A stretch of DNA of 63,367 nt, the filler included, from Asterionella formosa (taxonomy: Eukaryota): NCBI GenBank assembly GCA_002256025.1. It is 6 parts of 6 records of this genome, joined end to end, with 100 filler letters (N's around TTAATTAATTAA, not from the genome) between each part and the next. Parts side by side here need not be neighbours in the genome. Positions count along the whole stretch, not along the records: positions 1 to 19,747 come from NKIB01003569.1; positions 19,848 to 21,071 come from NKIB01003574.1; positions 21,172 to 22,395 come from NKIB01003575.1; positions 22,496 to 42,230 come from NKIB01003576.1; 2 more parts are not named here. One strand, given 5' to 3'. A program made the position numbers and the translations under genes. Under the pieces are notes generated by a model. It searched no databases, was not told the DNA's origin, and was given only the letters and a program-made list of their open reading frames with translations. Positions 13,401-26,200 of the stretch are shown here, in pieces. Position 1 is the stretch's first letter. Each line of letters opens with the position of its first letter.

Positions 13401-14319
13401 CGTAGAAAGGCTGTGAATTCCAAAGCTAGAAGACGGTTATTTGAACCCGTTAATTAGTCATCAAATCCTAGTAGTCGTGATCAGAGACTGACTCTGCAAA
13501 TCGAAATCAGTCAATATGAGTAATGTTTTCCTAAATTACTCAAGTAATATTATTTTCATCGAAAGCTGGCCTATATCGCTCGTCCGGCACCAGGCTTTTT
13601 CTTTATTTTTGACTGTCCCAAAATTGTCGTAGTAGTGTATCGTTGTTTTTGTTATTGATCATGCATATAAAGTTATCGATCAATAACGTTTTGCGCATTT
13701 GATCATAAACATATTCATAATCAATCACATATCTTATTGATTTCCCCTGTTGCCTCAAGAGGTGAAACACCTATGCAATAGTATGTTGATTACATGTATA
13801 TATCAAATGCTATTATAACTCAAATGTAATGATAATTGAAATATCTTGCTGTTTATATTTTGACTAATCTGGATTTTATGATTGATACATATGCCTTTGT
13901 TCCTACCCTTCAATTCAATCATGCCTTGCTTTGCATTCCTTTGTTGTTGAATGCCTTTATCCTCAGCATTCTTGCATTCCATGTAAACTGACAAAAGATC
14001 CATGCTGTACTGTATTGTAGTATGCATAACTTTCTATGCTTCTGATTCTCCAACATAGAATACATGAATGTGTGAGCTGAATACTTCTTGATTATACATA
14101 CAGTGTCACTTTAATTTTGCATAGCAGCTTACATTCTCGAAATTTCAAGTTCTTGTTAATGGCACAACACATTGGCTGAATATAGCCTCAGTCCATTATT
14201 TGTTACAACATCAAAAATAATTTGTCAAACTTGTTAGGTACCTTGAACCAAATTCAATTTCCTGACCCTTCAAGAAGAAAGAAAGCCCACCCAGGTGGGG
14301 GCATCTTTAGGTAACCTGG

Positions 14320-14931
14320 TGTCAGAGTGTGTCTGTTAGGCTGTTGATGTCGACAGGTGTCCGAAGACTAGGTAGTCTGAGGAATGTCTAAACGGGAATA
14401 GACAGGGTTTATATAGCAGAATAATCTGCAGACTAGCGGCGTGAGAAAGATCTTGACCGGTCATTCCAGGGAAGTACTGGAGCGCGCTAGAGTAGGCACC
14501 ATATATTTCAACATGGTAGCGGGCTCGTTAGTACAAGTGGTACGAGGAAGTACGTGAAAACCAGAGGTCGACAGTTCGAGTCCTCAGCAAGAACAGAAAG
14601 AAAAAAAGAGAAAAGAAAAAAAAAGAAAAACAGAGACGAAGAAAAACGAGAAGGCACTATGAGAATTCCTCTAGGAAAGGATGTGTCGAGCATACACATT
14701 AGGATGATGTGGTATGTCGAGCATCAACAGGGGAGGGTGTCAGAGTGTGTCTGTTAGGCTGTTGATGTCAACAGGTGTCCGAAGACTAGGTAGTCTGAGG
14801 AATGTCTAAACGGGAATAGACAGGGTTTATTTAGCAGAATAATCTGCAGACGAGCGGCGTGAGAAAGATCTTGACCGGTCATTCCAGGGCAGTACTGGAG
14901 CGCGCTAGAGTGGGCGCCATATATTTCAACA
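14320..14931 (+). mobile_element. Complete TRIM (miniature LTR retroelement): 194-bp LTRs at 14320-14513 and 14738-14931, 224-bp non-coding interior
   Basis: The TG...CA direct repeats differ at about 6 positions. A PBS-like TGGTAGCGGG lies at 14514, a PPT AGGGGAGGG abuts the 3' LTR, and the 6-bp TSD ACCTGG is at 14314-14319 and 14932-14937. Confidence 0.92.
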
Positions 14932-15538
14932 ACCTGGTACATGGTACCTGAACAAGACCCCCTAATTTCACATGTACTCAAAAATGGGAGAGCAAATAAA
15001 GGATTAGAATACAAATCTCAAGTCTAAAGGCCAAAACAGATGTAAGTGCCCTAGCATCAGAATTCTAGTTTTTCACATGACAAGCTCCATGTGTGTGTCA
15101 CAAAGGTACAAAAAATGACAAATTGAACCTCTGGTGTGTATGTTTGAAAATTGCCTTTGTTTTGGGATGAGTACCAGCCAGCAGTACATGATGTGACAAA
15201 TAATCGCAATCATGTTCGGACTTTCCCGGATCTCGAAGCATGAAAGGACATTTGTTGAACGTAGGATCTAATCCGATTAGATATTCCTAAACTGTTTGGG
15301 AAAATATTGTGTGGACATTTCTGAAAATAACCCCGTGATTTCCTTTCTTTGCTTTGCTTGCTCAAACAGTAATGTAATCCATTAGTTAGATATTCCAATT
15401 ATATGTGTATACCGTGGATTGGATAAATGAGTATTGGACCTTTCTGAAGTTAACCCCGTTATTTCTTTACCAACTGAATGACGATTTCCCATCTGTTGTC
15501 TGGGACATTTACGGATGACGTCCTTCCGTGATTGCCAA

Positions 15539-15628
15539 GCAAATTGCGGTCATTTTGTTTAAACTAACATTTTAATCTGGGATAAAGATAGTTAAATCTT
15601 TAGTTTCAGCAAAATTACCGCAACTTGC
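15539..15628. mobile_element. 90-bp mini-MITE (copy 1)
   Basis: Inverted ends GCAAATTGCGGTCATTTTG / CAAAATTACCGCAACTTGC. A reverse-oriented relative of the same length is at 58900-58989. Confidence 0.7.
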
Positions 15629-16270
15629 ACAGGTTCATGGATCGTTGGTCGTCGAAAATGTACACCGTTTGGAGAAATACCGAACAATTGGTTCAAATTT
15701 CGTTCACGGTCGCTCATTGACGAACACAGTCCATTCTATATTGCTTATTCATACATACTGTACTCACAAAGTGACACGATACATAATTACATCAATTATT
15801 TATGTATTAATTGCTATTTTTGTCACCTCAAACCGGTTAAATAAAATACTTACATGGAATTCATCAAATACATAGGAAGAATGATTAAGACGGCAATGGT
15901 GAACCATTATTTTCTTACCGGCATTTAATTATGTGTTGGTCTTATATGTTACAGTATTGCTTGATAAAAAACGACCGGTAATAGTTCAATGATCCGCTAG
16001 CTAGTTGAAATATACCGGAAGTATTTCTCCAACCAACAGTCATCACAATCACTTTTTACAAGTTCCCCTTTCATCGATTGCACTTCCTTGCTTCACTAAC
16101 AAAGACACAAAAAGTCATTTTGGCGTGGCAGTTCCTCTGCATAGCGACCAACGTCATTCCCAGTTGTGAATATTCATTTTCCATACTAAATATTTACAAT
16201 CGAACGAACGAGGAGACTACCGCCGGTATACTAGCTGATTCAAGCTTTCCTATATAAACCTCACTAAACT

Positions 16271-18139
16271 ATGAAAGTGGATCGTATCGACCACATGAAA
16301 ACTGCCATTATTCATGAGCTACTTACTCCTCAGTCCAGCAATGTACGACGTCCAAGCTTGTCATCATCTGCTCATCATAGACAGCAGCAGACAGGCGTGT
16401 CCATCAATAATTTATGCACCAGTACAACAAAGGTGTATCGCATTGGACAGCCACTGCGTAATGTTGGCGATGATGCCACCATGATACTAGTACCATTGCA
16501 ATTGAGACGACGAAGCAAATCAAATGACGATGTCCCTCTTCGTCGTCACAATAAAGTGGCAACTTATTGTGGCAACAACGAGGACTCGGGACTGGTCAAT
16601 AACCTGCTCGCTACTACTACACTATCATCGCCGCTTGCAACGAATAGTGAAGAAGTACTAGTATCAGTGTCTCGACGAAGACATAGTACATCCGCAGACA
16701 ATTGTAACAATGATTCCAAGAGCAGGACAATGACTTGCCGTCGTCTGTCACGAGGATCAAAGAATCCTGTTCGAAATAAGTCTGCGGATCATGACCTTGG
16801 CGATGTTGTTGTGTCCTTCAAAGAGATGAAACTTGAAGGGTCAAAGCTGAGCCAGTCTATGCATGACCTTGGCAAAGATCTTTGGATCAAGACACGAGTT
16901 GATGATGTTGGCAATGAGAAGATACAATCCAAGCTTCGAAGTTCTCGTTCCAGATCCAGCCATCATGGCCTCGGGAATGCTGTTCAAAACTTTGGGCTAC
17001 AAGAAAAGCACAAAAACATTGTTGAAGCGGACTTGAAATCATGTCGTCGCCAATCAACAAAAGACGCTGGTCGAGTTGATCGTGAGTTGTTGGCAAAATC
17101 CAACAAATCTATCAGCAGACGGAAATCATTACCACTTGATCCTTCTGTTGCAGGTTTGTCAGTCTGCAAGAATCTTCGAAGGCCTTCGGATCATGGGGAG
17201 GAAATTTCTTCGCATCTAAAACCTATTCATCAGCCCATGGTAATAAGCCAGAATGACAAAAAGTCGTTTCTCTACAAAAAACATGTTCGTAGCTCGCAGT
17301 GTATCATATTGGACCCTGTCCCTAATCCAATCACCTGGCTCGAGAAAAAAGTAGAAGCCAAGAGGAAACATGCATTGCGAAAGATTGAACAATTCCTTGT
17401 CGGAGAAGGAGTTGGTGCTGACGAAAGCATTGATAAGAATGATCATGACGGTCACGTAACTGATAGTTTGGTCGCTAAAGCGAGTCAAGCACCTGCCTCC
17501 TCAAGCAGTCTAATCACAAAGATTGAACTCTATATTGCATCACGCCAAACTCATATATCCAATATCAGCAAGAGATTATCAATATCCTCAGAAATGGGTA
17601 AGATGGCTCTCCCTAACACAGCATCTTTTGCCACACATGTCTTCCAGAGCACTATGCCCACTACTCCTGATCAATGTTACTTTGCAACTTCTTCCCTTGA
17701 CAATAAAGGTGATGCCATAAAAAATTATGCAGAGGAATCCATTTGTACCTCACGTTCCAAATGCCGCATTCTATCGGTTGATTCGTTAGACTTGTTGGAT
17801 GACAGCAAACAAGGGTGGACTCGTCCTAGAAAGCGTCACAGCAGCGGCAGTACCAAGTTCAAGGGCATTGAAACCACCATGCTGGGTACTAATCATCAAG
17901 AATGTCATCAATCAAGCGGCAGCGAACTTGATGATTTCATTTTTGAGAAGCGATTACAGAAAGCCCTTGCATGTCGACAAGTGGAACCAAAAAACGAGCG
18001 CAAGGGCACGATAAGGCGAAGATCGCATGGTCGACGAGACGGTGATACTCAGAAAGTAGTGGAACAATCATATTACAAGGGAGTTGATATTGATAAAAAA
18101 ACGCCACGAGCAGTTGCACCTCTAGAATGGAAACATTAG
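16271..18139 (+). CDS. Hypothetical Ser/Arg/Lys-rich, probably disordered protein (622 aa)
   Basis: Long uninterrupted ATG-to-TAG ORF with repeated RRxS motifs and a TATATAA ~20 nt upstream. No recognisable domain. Confidence 0.6.
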   Translation: MKVDRIDHMKTAIIHELLTPQSSNVRRPSLSSSAHHRQQQTGVSINNLCTSTTKVYRIGQPLRNVGDDATMILVPLQLRRRSKSNDDVPLRRHNKVATYCGNNEDSGLVNNLLATTTLSSPLATNSEEVLVSVSRRRHSTSADNCNNDSKSRTMTCRRLSRGSKNPVRNKSADHDLGDVVVSFKEMKLEGSKLSQSMHDLGKDLWIKTRVDDVGNEKIQSKLRSSRSRSSHHGLGNAVQNFGLQEKHKNIVEADLKSCRRQSTKDAGRVDRELLAKSNKSISRRKSLPLDPSVAGLSVCKNLRRPSDHGEEISSHLKPIHQPMVISQNDKKSFLYKKHVRSSQCIILDPVPNPITWLEKKVEAKRKHALRKIEQFLVGEGVGADESIDKNDHDGHVTDSLVAKASQAPASSSSLITKIELYIASRQTHISNISKRLSISSEMGKMALPNTASFATHVFQSTMPTTPDQCYFATSSLDNKGDAIKNYAEESICTSRSKCRILSVDSLDLLDDSKQGWTRPRKRHSSGSTKFKGIETTMLGTNHQECHQSSGSELDDFIFEKRLQKALACRQVEPKNERKGTIRRRSHGRRDGDTQKVVEQSYYKGVDIDKKTPRAVAPLEWKH

Positions 18140-18819
18140 ATTTGCGAGCAGGGCTTATGGCCGAAGCCGTCATGATGGAGGGTAGAGTATGAAAGCAAGG
18201 TGTTTTGCTATAATGGTGTGTTGTAGCTGATCGTTTAAATTAGCTGCCCCTACTTCAGCAAATGTATAGATATATTTGTCAGAGCAGCAGAGTAGTAGGC
18301 AATCTTGTATACCTGGCTTGTATTAGGAGCAGACTAGACAGGAGAGACGCAAGGAGTAATATTAGTATTTATATCAGCATAATTTCTCAGTTTCAGAAAC
18401 GGGGGTTCAAGAATGAGCAAGTTAGTCACCAGTCACGGTAGGAATGAGGGACAGTGCTGACAGAGAATGATTCATAGTAGCTGCCAAGTAGCATCAATGG
18501 ATTCAGTCACAACATTAGCATATATCATCAATCATGCCAGCATTTGTCTTACCCCTTTGCTGCGGCAGTGGATACCCCCCTTATAATCTTCTTCGTGTTC
18601 CCCCACACTTCCCTTGTACTTGCTGTTGCAGAGTACTGGAGAAGGCTACTGGGGCTCAGCAGTCCTAAAGTAAATGCATATGTTCCCAAAAAAAGTAACA
18701 ATGCAGGGAGGTCAAGCCACCACTTCAATTGCATGGAGAACAATAGTACCAGCAAAAAGAGGAAAATACATGCAACAATGGGAACCTGTCAGGATCTAGA
18801 TTACTCTAGGCCTCTTCCA

Positions 18820-19156
18820 TAAGGGGCTGGTGGTCCATTGCTGCTGGAAAATAGCTTTCCGTACCCTCCGGGTGCGTTACTCCCGGTTGGTGCATGGATC
18901 CGTGCAGGTTTATTATGCTCCTGCAGCATCGCATTCGCCGTACGACTCCTGCTACCCACATCACAACGTACGTATAGATGCAGTCCCTCCATATTGCTAC
19001 GTACCCGATAGACCTAAACCTGGAGGTAGTCCTAGTCCATCACACAAAGGGAGATTACTCCCCACGAGGTTTTGTGTGACCCCGTCCTTGATCAGGCAGT
19101 GAGTATATTACAGTAGTTGGAACCACTACTTTCATCGCTTGCCCGTAGGAGCTTCA
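18820..19156. mobile_element. Candidate decayed solo LTR
   Basis: GC-richer block with TA...CA ends (TG possibly mutated) and near-TSD flanks TTCCA / TGCCA. Confidence 0.3.
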
Positions 19157-19747
19157 TGCCAATGTACTATGTGTACCTGACAGAACCGCACCTCTACTGG
19201 AAAGCAAAGTTGTAAATGGGCTAGCAAAGCAACTGACTACAAGATGCCAATAAATCCCACAAACTGACCTGCTGAGCGAAGTTGCTGAGATTGCTGAGAT
19301 TGCTTCAACAATATCACATGTGCTCTGCCTGACTGCCCAGAGTACTAAGTAGAATTGGTTTGATGGCCGCTCTTGCAGCCAGAGAATGCATCCCATAGCA
19401 ACATACTATGTAACTCTGCTTCCTGTGCACTGTTGATTGATGCACGATGTCAGCCAAACTTCAGATGTCCATATGAATGGAAATGCCATCTTGCATAAAC
19501 ATTTCGGTTGAGTGGTGGAAGCGACGACAGAAAAATAACATACATTTATTACCAGTATTATTATTAGTATCATGCAGCGCCATCCATATCAATAAATGCA
19601 TAATCATTCTTGTTCTTCCACATACTTTGACTCAATTTTACTCTAGTTGCTTCTAAAATGGCAGAGTCCTCGCTTTGCATTTCTCCATCAGAAGTACTCC
19701 ACAACAAGCCCTGCTATCAATGGTGAGAACTGTGCCAATTGGAACAA

Positions 19748-19847
19748 NNNNNNNNNNNNNNNNNNNNNNNNNNNNNNNNNNNNNNNNNNNNTTAATTAAT
19801 TAANNNNNNNNNNNNNNNNNNNNNNNNNNNNNNNNNNNNNNNNNNNN
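19748..19847. other. Assembly gap with artificial TTAATTAATTAA linker (also at ~21116, 22440, 42275, 62089)
   Basis: The same 12-mer, which has stops in all six frames, is centred in 100-nt N runs. Confidence 0.95.
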
Positions 19848-21071
19848 TGGCTCTAAATAAGTTTAAGATGCTTGTTGAGTCCAAAAGGTGGAATTTGCCC
19901 TCTGTCCAGGATGCCAAGTTGGAGGCCCAAATTGTCGCCCTCACGGCCAAATTAGAGTATTTCAAGGCAAACAAGTCACTCAAGGAGGTTAAAAATGATA
20001 AAAGGGAGAAAGCTCGCAAAGCCAAATTGTCCAAGAAGTGGGCATGGAAGCTTGTGCCACCTAAGGAAGATGACCCGAAGACCAAGACGGTAGACACCAA
20101 AGAGTATCATTGGTGCTCTAATCACGCCTCCTGGACGGTGCACACCGCCAAGGAGTGTAACATGAGCCCACAGGGCATGTCTCCTCCAGTGAAGATCCCA
20201 AAGAAGCCCAAAGACAAATCTGCCGAGGCCATCGCCCTCTCTACTGCCCTGGCCAGCATCATGGAGGGAAATGATGACGATGATGATTCTAATCAAGGTG
20301 GAGAGGATATGTCAGTTACCGGCTAGGAAGGTGGCCGGGGAATGATGAGCAAATTAAATAGCATACTTAGCTATTGGTTTTATCAGTTCATTCTCTGTGG
20401 GCCAGCGTGCATGACCTTATTGTCCGAGTTCTTTGGCCATACCGTGATGATGTGCCTATGGGTATGCTGGGCACTTGTGCTTGTATCTAGCATCCCAGTG
20501 CTATGCCCAGTGTTGGATGACACCTGTAGGACCCCATTTCGTACTATATACATTCCTAAGCGGAATCGTTCAAAGATGATGTCACTAATGTCAAGAGTAT
20601 GTGCAAGAGGGTGTTCGGCTATCAATACCACCTTGTGTCAGTTAGAGATTTCCCTTGCACGACCCACGTGTCGCATGAAATTCCGAAAGACAAAAGTTTT
20701 CCGATCAGGGGTTTCCTGGGAGCAAGAGTCCGGTGTCTACCGTAAGCCACGGGAGTATCTGCGGATTTCAGCACCTATGGATCAGCCCTTGTCATTTGGG
20801 ATTGGTATGTCCACCACGTCACGAGCCGGCCCGGTTACCCCACCTTTTGATTCAGATAGTTATATGTTGATGATTGACAATTGTTGCTCTAAGTGTGTGA
20901 CAAACTGCAGCACGGATTTTGTGGGAGTGCCTACACCAGTTCATGCTGAAATCAGCGGAGTTGGAGGCCCAATTGCGGTATTGCAAAAGGGAACGGTTAA
21001 ATGGAGCATACAGGACGACTTCGGTCGTATTCACCATTTTCGTATTCCTGGGACGTATTATGCCCCTGATG
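19848..21071 (+). mobile_element. Ty1/copia (diatom CoDi-type) fragment: gag C-terminus (to 20326) plus aspartic protease region (20342-21071), bounded by gaps
   Basis: The gag knuckle KTKTVDTKEYHWCSNHASWTVHTAKEC is followed by an acidic tail. The protease motif is FDSDSYMLMIDNCCSKCVTN...GTVKWSIQDDFG..H...IPGTYYAP. Confidence 0.85.
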
Positions 21072-22499
21072 NNNNNNNNNNNNNNNNNNNNNNNNNNNNN
21101 NNNNNNNNNNNNNNNTTAATTAATTAANNNNNNNNNNNNNNNNNNNNNNNNNNNNNNNNNNNNNNNNNNNNGTAAGCAATCGATGCTTTTAAGGTAAGAT
21201 TTATTTGCTTGCTATTTTTGCAATTATATCACCAAGCGAGGGATAACTCATGATGTGTCATGCTGTTGTTTTCAACATTCATTTGACATTTGAACAGGCC
21301 TTTTCAGAAAAGCAGTGTTCTTTGGAAAGTATGAGTGATAGCAGATGAAATGACACAGCAATATGGAGACCCGCAATGGAGGCCTTCAAGGTGAGCTTAA
21401 TCTTCAGTTTCATAATTGTATCAGCAAAGCGAGAGAGAAATCACATGGTTCTGTTATTGTTGTCTACATTTATTTTACATTTTAGCTGTCCATTTCACAA
21501 CAGGAGCCATCTTTTTTAATGCATCAGTGAGTTGCGGTGCTGCCTGGTGGCTGGCTAATGCCGGTGTTCTGCTGTCAATTTGTCTGCTCTGTGAAACAGT
21601 TGAAAAGCACATGTGTGTGTTGCTTTCTGCTGTTGCTAGTTCTATTAATTGAATTACTGACACACTGTTCTTTTGTAAATCTTTGCAGGTCAATGAAGAA
21701 GTCATTTCAAGGACAAGGAGGAAGCCAGTGTGATACATTCCTGTTGCGATTTCGCACCATGATGCCTTTTCAAGAATGAATAATTTTTTCATTCAGAATG
21801 AATGGTTTCTGTTTGTCTTGCATTGTCCTTACAGACATCTCATGATGCCTGCCTTCTCAAGACTGAAGATGCCATTCTGAAAGAACTGCTTTGTTTGATT
21901 GCATATCGAGATTTGTTTCCCATGTAATGTGAAATACCGGCAGTTGAATTAGAAATCAACATATTTGATTGTACTTTTAAATTACGTAAACAAATTTAAT
22001 TCATTATGTGAACTATATTATAAAATTACGTGAACAAAATTTTTAGGCAATGTGAACTAAATTACAGAATTAAGTGAAGTATTTTAAATAATTATGTGAA
22101 GTATTTCAAATAATTACGTGAAGTATTTCAAATAATTATGTGAAGGTGATCACGTAATATAGTGATGATCAGGAATGCATGCATGATACTCTGATCAAAT
22201 AATGAACGTGATGTATTCAGATAATATATAGATATATTCAAAAACGAGCATTTTGATGTATTCAACTAATTCATGTGATCAATTCAAAATCAACTAGGCT
22301 TATTTATGTGATGGTCACTTCATGTAATACGCGGCTTAGATGACCCAACGTTTGGCATAGTCCTGGATTGATCATTATTCCAAGCATTAAAAGCANNNNN
22401 NNNNNNNNNNNNNNNNNNNNNNNNNNNNNNNNNNNNNNNTTAATTAATTAANNNNNNNNNNNNNNNNNNNNNNNNNNNNNNNNNNNNNNNNNNNNGGCC

Positions 22500-24990
22500 T
22501 AATCAAAAGTCGCGCAGATCAATGCATCTACCAAGGTACAATCAATCAATGTCATGTCATCTTAGCCAGGTCCAGTGATGATATTTTGGTGGTAACCTTG
22601 TCACTGGATACATACAACCATATTATTACTACTCTTGAATCTCACTGGAAGATACCCAATATGGGGCAGTCAAGTCTCTCATTTTTGGTCTCAGATCCCT
22701 GTTTGTTTCCATTCGTACTATGACAATTCACCAAACTTATATGGTTCATGAAGTGCGTTCTTCAATATGTTTATTGTTCATCCTGGGACAAACAAATTCT
22801 CTCGCAAACCAGCATCACCATACTCGCTCTCCAAGTGCATAAAACCATTCAACTTTAAGGTTTTGAATAGAGGACGTTGTTGGGGCAATTTCAACATCTA
22901 TGCCAATGGACAAGGCTTGAGATACAAACAGCTGTACAAAAGCTTGCTCAATATCAAAATGCTCCTGGATCAATGCATTTTGATGCATTACTATAAAGGT
23001 CACTATAAACTGCGAAATACCTTCGGCAATATCCGGATATTCCACTTGCATTCAACAGAAATGTATATCGGGGTTGTTTCACTGTTTCGGTTTCACATAT
23101 CAGTCAAGCTGCTCCATGGTTGGGTGAACCTACTGTCATCAGTGTTGAAGCTCACCAATTTGACAAAGATCATACTTTCTGGCATATGCCCTGTATTATG
23201 ACTGGTCTGATCTCCACTTCATCAGTATCTGCGCCGCCTCATTATCATCCACGCTTCAAGAACAGAAATTTTTTCTAATATCAGCAAAACTCTTCTTGGA
23301 ATAGCACCTACCACCAAAGGCTATGCAGGTGCCAACTTTGGAGGTGCCATATTTGACCGGTTCACATATTTTGGTGGTGTCATTATGAATCATGATACTG
23401 CAGTTTGACTTGGTTGGTTGGTCAGATGTAAGAGACAACAATTAAATGGTCCCCATGTCCATCCACTACTATCTTCTGGTTGAAATAACATGAAATCATG
23501 TTCAGTGGCCATAATGATCTGCAATGGCGCCGTGCTTTGGTGCCACTATAGAAAGATTCCGATAAACCAATTTCTTCAGGTGTATGGTATTCTTTTGGAA
23601 GATATCCTGTATCGGTACTTAACAATTCCAATTGTTTCGTGCATCCAGGGATGATGCAGTACTAACGGGCAAGGTCAAATACTTGATCATAATGTTCATC
23701 CAAACTTGCAACTTTTCCTGAATCACAAACTTTACATAATTCATCATTTATAGCAAAAAGATAATGCACAAAATGGTTGTTTTCCTCCTCACCTGATCTT
23801 TTGCAAGAAACAATTAGCACATACAGTAGTTACTGTCATGATGAAGTGGATCACAATCACCTTGGTATATATACAGTTTGTCATTACCCTTTTCTGGGCT
23901 CTCATCCAAATCAAATATAACCTTTACATCAGTTGGATGAACTTCATGAAATATATAATGGATCATAGAGCAAGGTCATTGTTTCAAGGTGCTGTCCCAA
24001 TATGCAAGATCTTTAAAATCTGAAGATGATTTTTTGATACCTTTGATTCCATAAATTACATAGGCGTAAAAGCATATTTCTTGTGGGGTTCGTGTGTACA
24101 AATCTTTCCACAATTTTAGTTGTCCATGAGTTTTCGGCAAACTCAAGGAAAATGCAATTTGCTTTGGCATAATCACTCTACACATTTCACATGCCGAGCG
24201 ACTCTTCACAAAATTCGGCTAGCTGCCTTTGGGATTGTTCTCAATGGTTATACAAAGAAATACTATTCTCTTTCTGCCATGTTAACTTCGTTCCCGACTC
24301 AGTGCATCAACTGCCTTAGCCAGCATGGTCATCACATCTCTGTCTGCATTGATCTAGTTCATGAATTCGAGGTCTTGATCTAGCTCGGATATCTTTTCTT
24401 TTAGAAATACAATATGTTCTCTGCTCTGCTTTCATGATGTTCATCTTGATGGTCTGGACGAATAGTGAGACATAATTCTTGGTTTTGCAACTTTTCAACC
24501 ATTTCTACTTCAGAAGTGATGTCGCCCACAATTCCGCCGGTATTTTCATTCATCGCATAAATTTGTTCATCAAATGAATGAGAATCACTGAGTTCTTCTT
24601 CGTTATTATCGATTTCAGGAGAATGAGGAGCAAAATACGAAACTGGATGGAACTGTGACTCTGTAGGAATATAGTCTTCATCCGCGATGAACAACTGTTT
24701 GGGTTTCCTTGCTCTTCGAAAGCAATCTTTCCCTCTTTTCAATCTCTACCACTTTTGAATCGCTTGGCATCATACTTCATTATTTTTTCTGGAGAATTAT
24801 GAGTCTGTTCAAATTCATTTGTTATTTGAGTGTATTCAAAGGAATCTTCGATTGATTTAATAAGTTTCTTCATATTCTTTTCCAAAAACATAAAGTCGTG
24901 TAGTGTAAACAATGGAAGTAAGTCATGTTTCTTGTTTGACTGATCCCTTGCATGAAATCCATGAAATGCCATTTGGAACGTTGTCAAAGG
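22500..24990 (-). pseudogene. Degenerate coding-like sequence of unknown identity, probably TE-derived
   Basis: Chain of abutting short minus-strand ORFs with protein-like composition, broken by stops and frameshifts. No motif recognised. Confidence 0.3.
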
Positions 24991-25739
24991 GCCAGAAGAC
25001 TATGATGTAAAACAGTGGAAGGGAAACACGGAGATTTTCGTGGCGCTTGCAGAGGTGCAGCTGGTGTGATGGTAACCGAGTGTAGTAATTGTTGAACAGA
25101 GCACAGCAGTGTAATATGCATGTTCCGCCAGCGTAGTGTTAACACAATACAGCTATAACAAGGAAAAACGACATGACAATGAACGTGATGGCTGGTTGTT
25201 GAGTATACCTGTATGTGATATGCATCAATCAATATCACAAATCATATTATAGTGATGCACATATCAACACATCCGTATACTTAGATCCTATCCACTGTAA
25301 AATACTATCATATTAACTATTGGCTTTTACTGTATACATTAAAAGTCGAGTTTATATATTAAGTAACATAATTATGATTTATTTTCATTTATTTTTTGTG
25401 ATGTATCGATAACGTACATCTTTTATCGTATTTTATTGTCATTGTATTATTTTAACATGATCATATTTTGATCAAAATTATATCAAAACCATTTTAAGAA
25501 ATCATCACAGTTCAATGATTAATGCATCATAGCTATGTGATATACTTTATTCAATATTAAGTATCATACTTTGATGATATATGCATCGATGTAAACCTAT
25601 CGTGATATCACATTATCATCTTATCAATCATGATTAACGAGATGATTGGGAACTGTAGTATTCTGCAACGTACTACAGAGTATGATATTATAACATGCAC
25701 TTTAGTAGCTAAGCAAGTCACTCCTGTAATGTAAACAAG

Positions 25740-26200
25740 TCGGCAGTGCACATACACACAAGCTTATCAGGTTTGAGGCAACGGACAGTGGTTCCAACGA
25801 GCAAATGACGATACCGCGGGTACCAATTTTTCCAGCAGCAAACCGCAATGATGAATAAAACTTGTCCCTCTATTGATGAGGATGACACGGACACCGACTT
25901 TTCCAGGAGCAAACAACAATGAAGAGAGCCAGGCCACTTGTCGCTCTATTGATGGTAACAAAGATGCGGACAAGTTCAACAGTGAATACAAGAGCAACAT
26001 ACCAATGAAAACGAGTTGGCAGTGTGTGTACGCACACACCAAGCAGGTTTGAGGCAATGGACAGTTCCAACAAGCAAATGACGATACAGATATCAAATAT
26101 TTCCTACGAGCAAACAACAATGAAGAGAGCCACTTGCTTTCGCTTTCTTGATGGTATCAAAGATGCGGACAAGTTCTATAGTAAATACAAGTACAGCATG
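25740..26200. repeat. Imperfect local duplication (sub-repeats ~200-275 bp apart)
   Basis: CAGGTTTGAGGCAA...GCAAATGACGATAC occurs at ~25768 and ~26045. GAGCAAACAACAATGAAGAGAGCCA occurs at ~25907 and ~26108. Confidence 0.7.

Noticed and set aside
18200..19740. Fragmented hydrophobic minus-strand ORFs (transporter pseudogene?)
   Set aside because: Multiple stops, no identifiable family motif and no consistent splice model.
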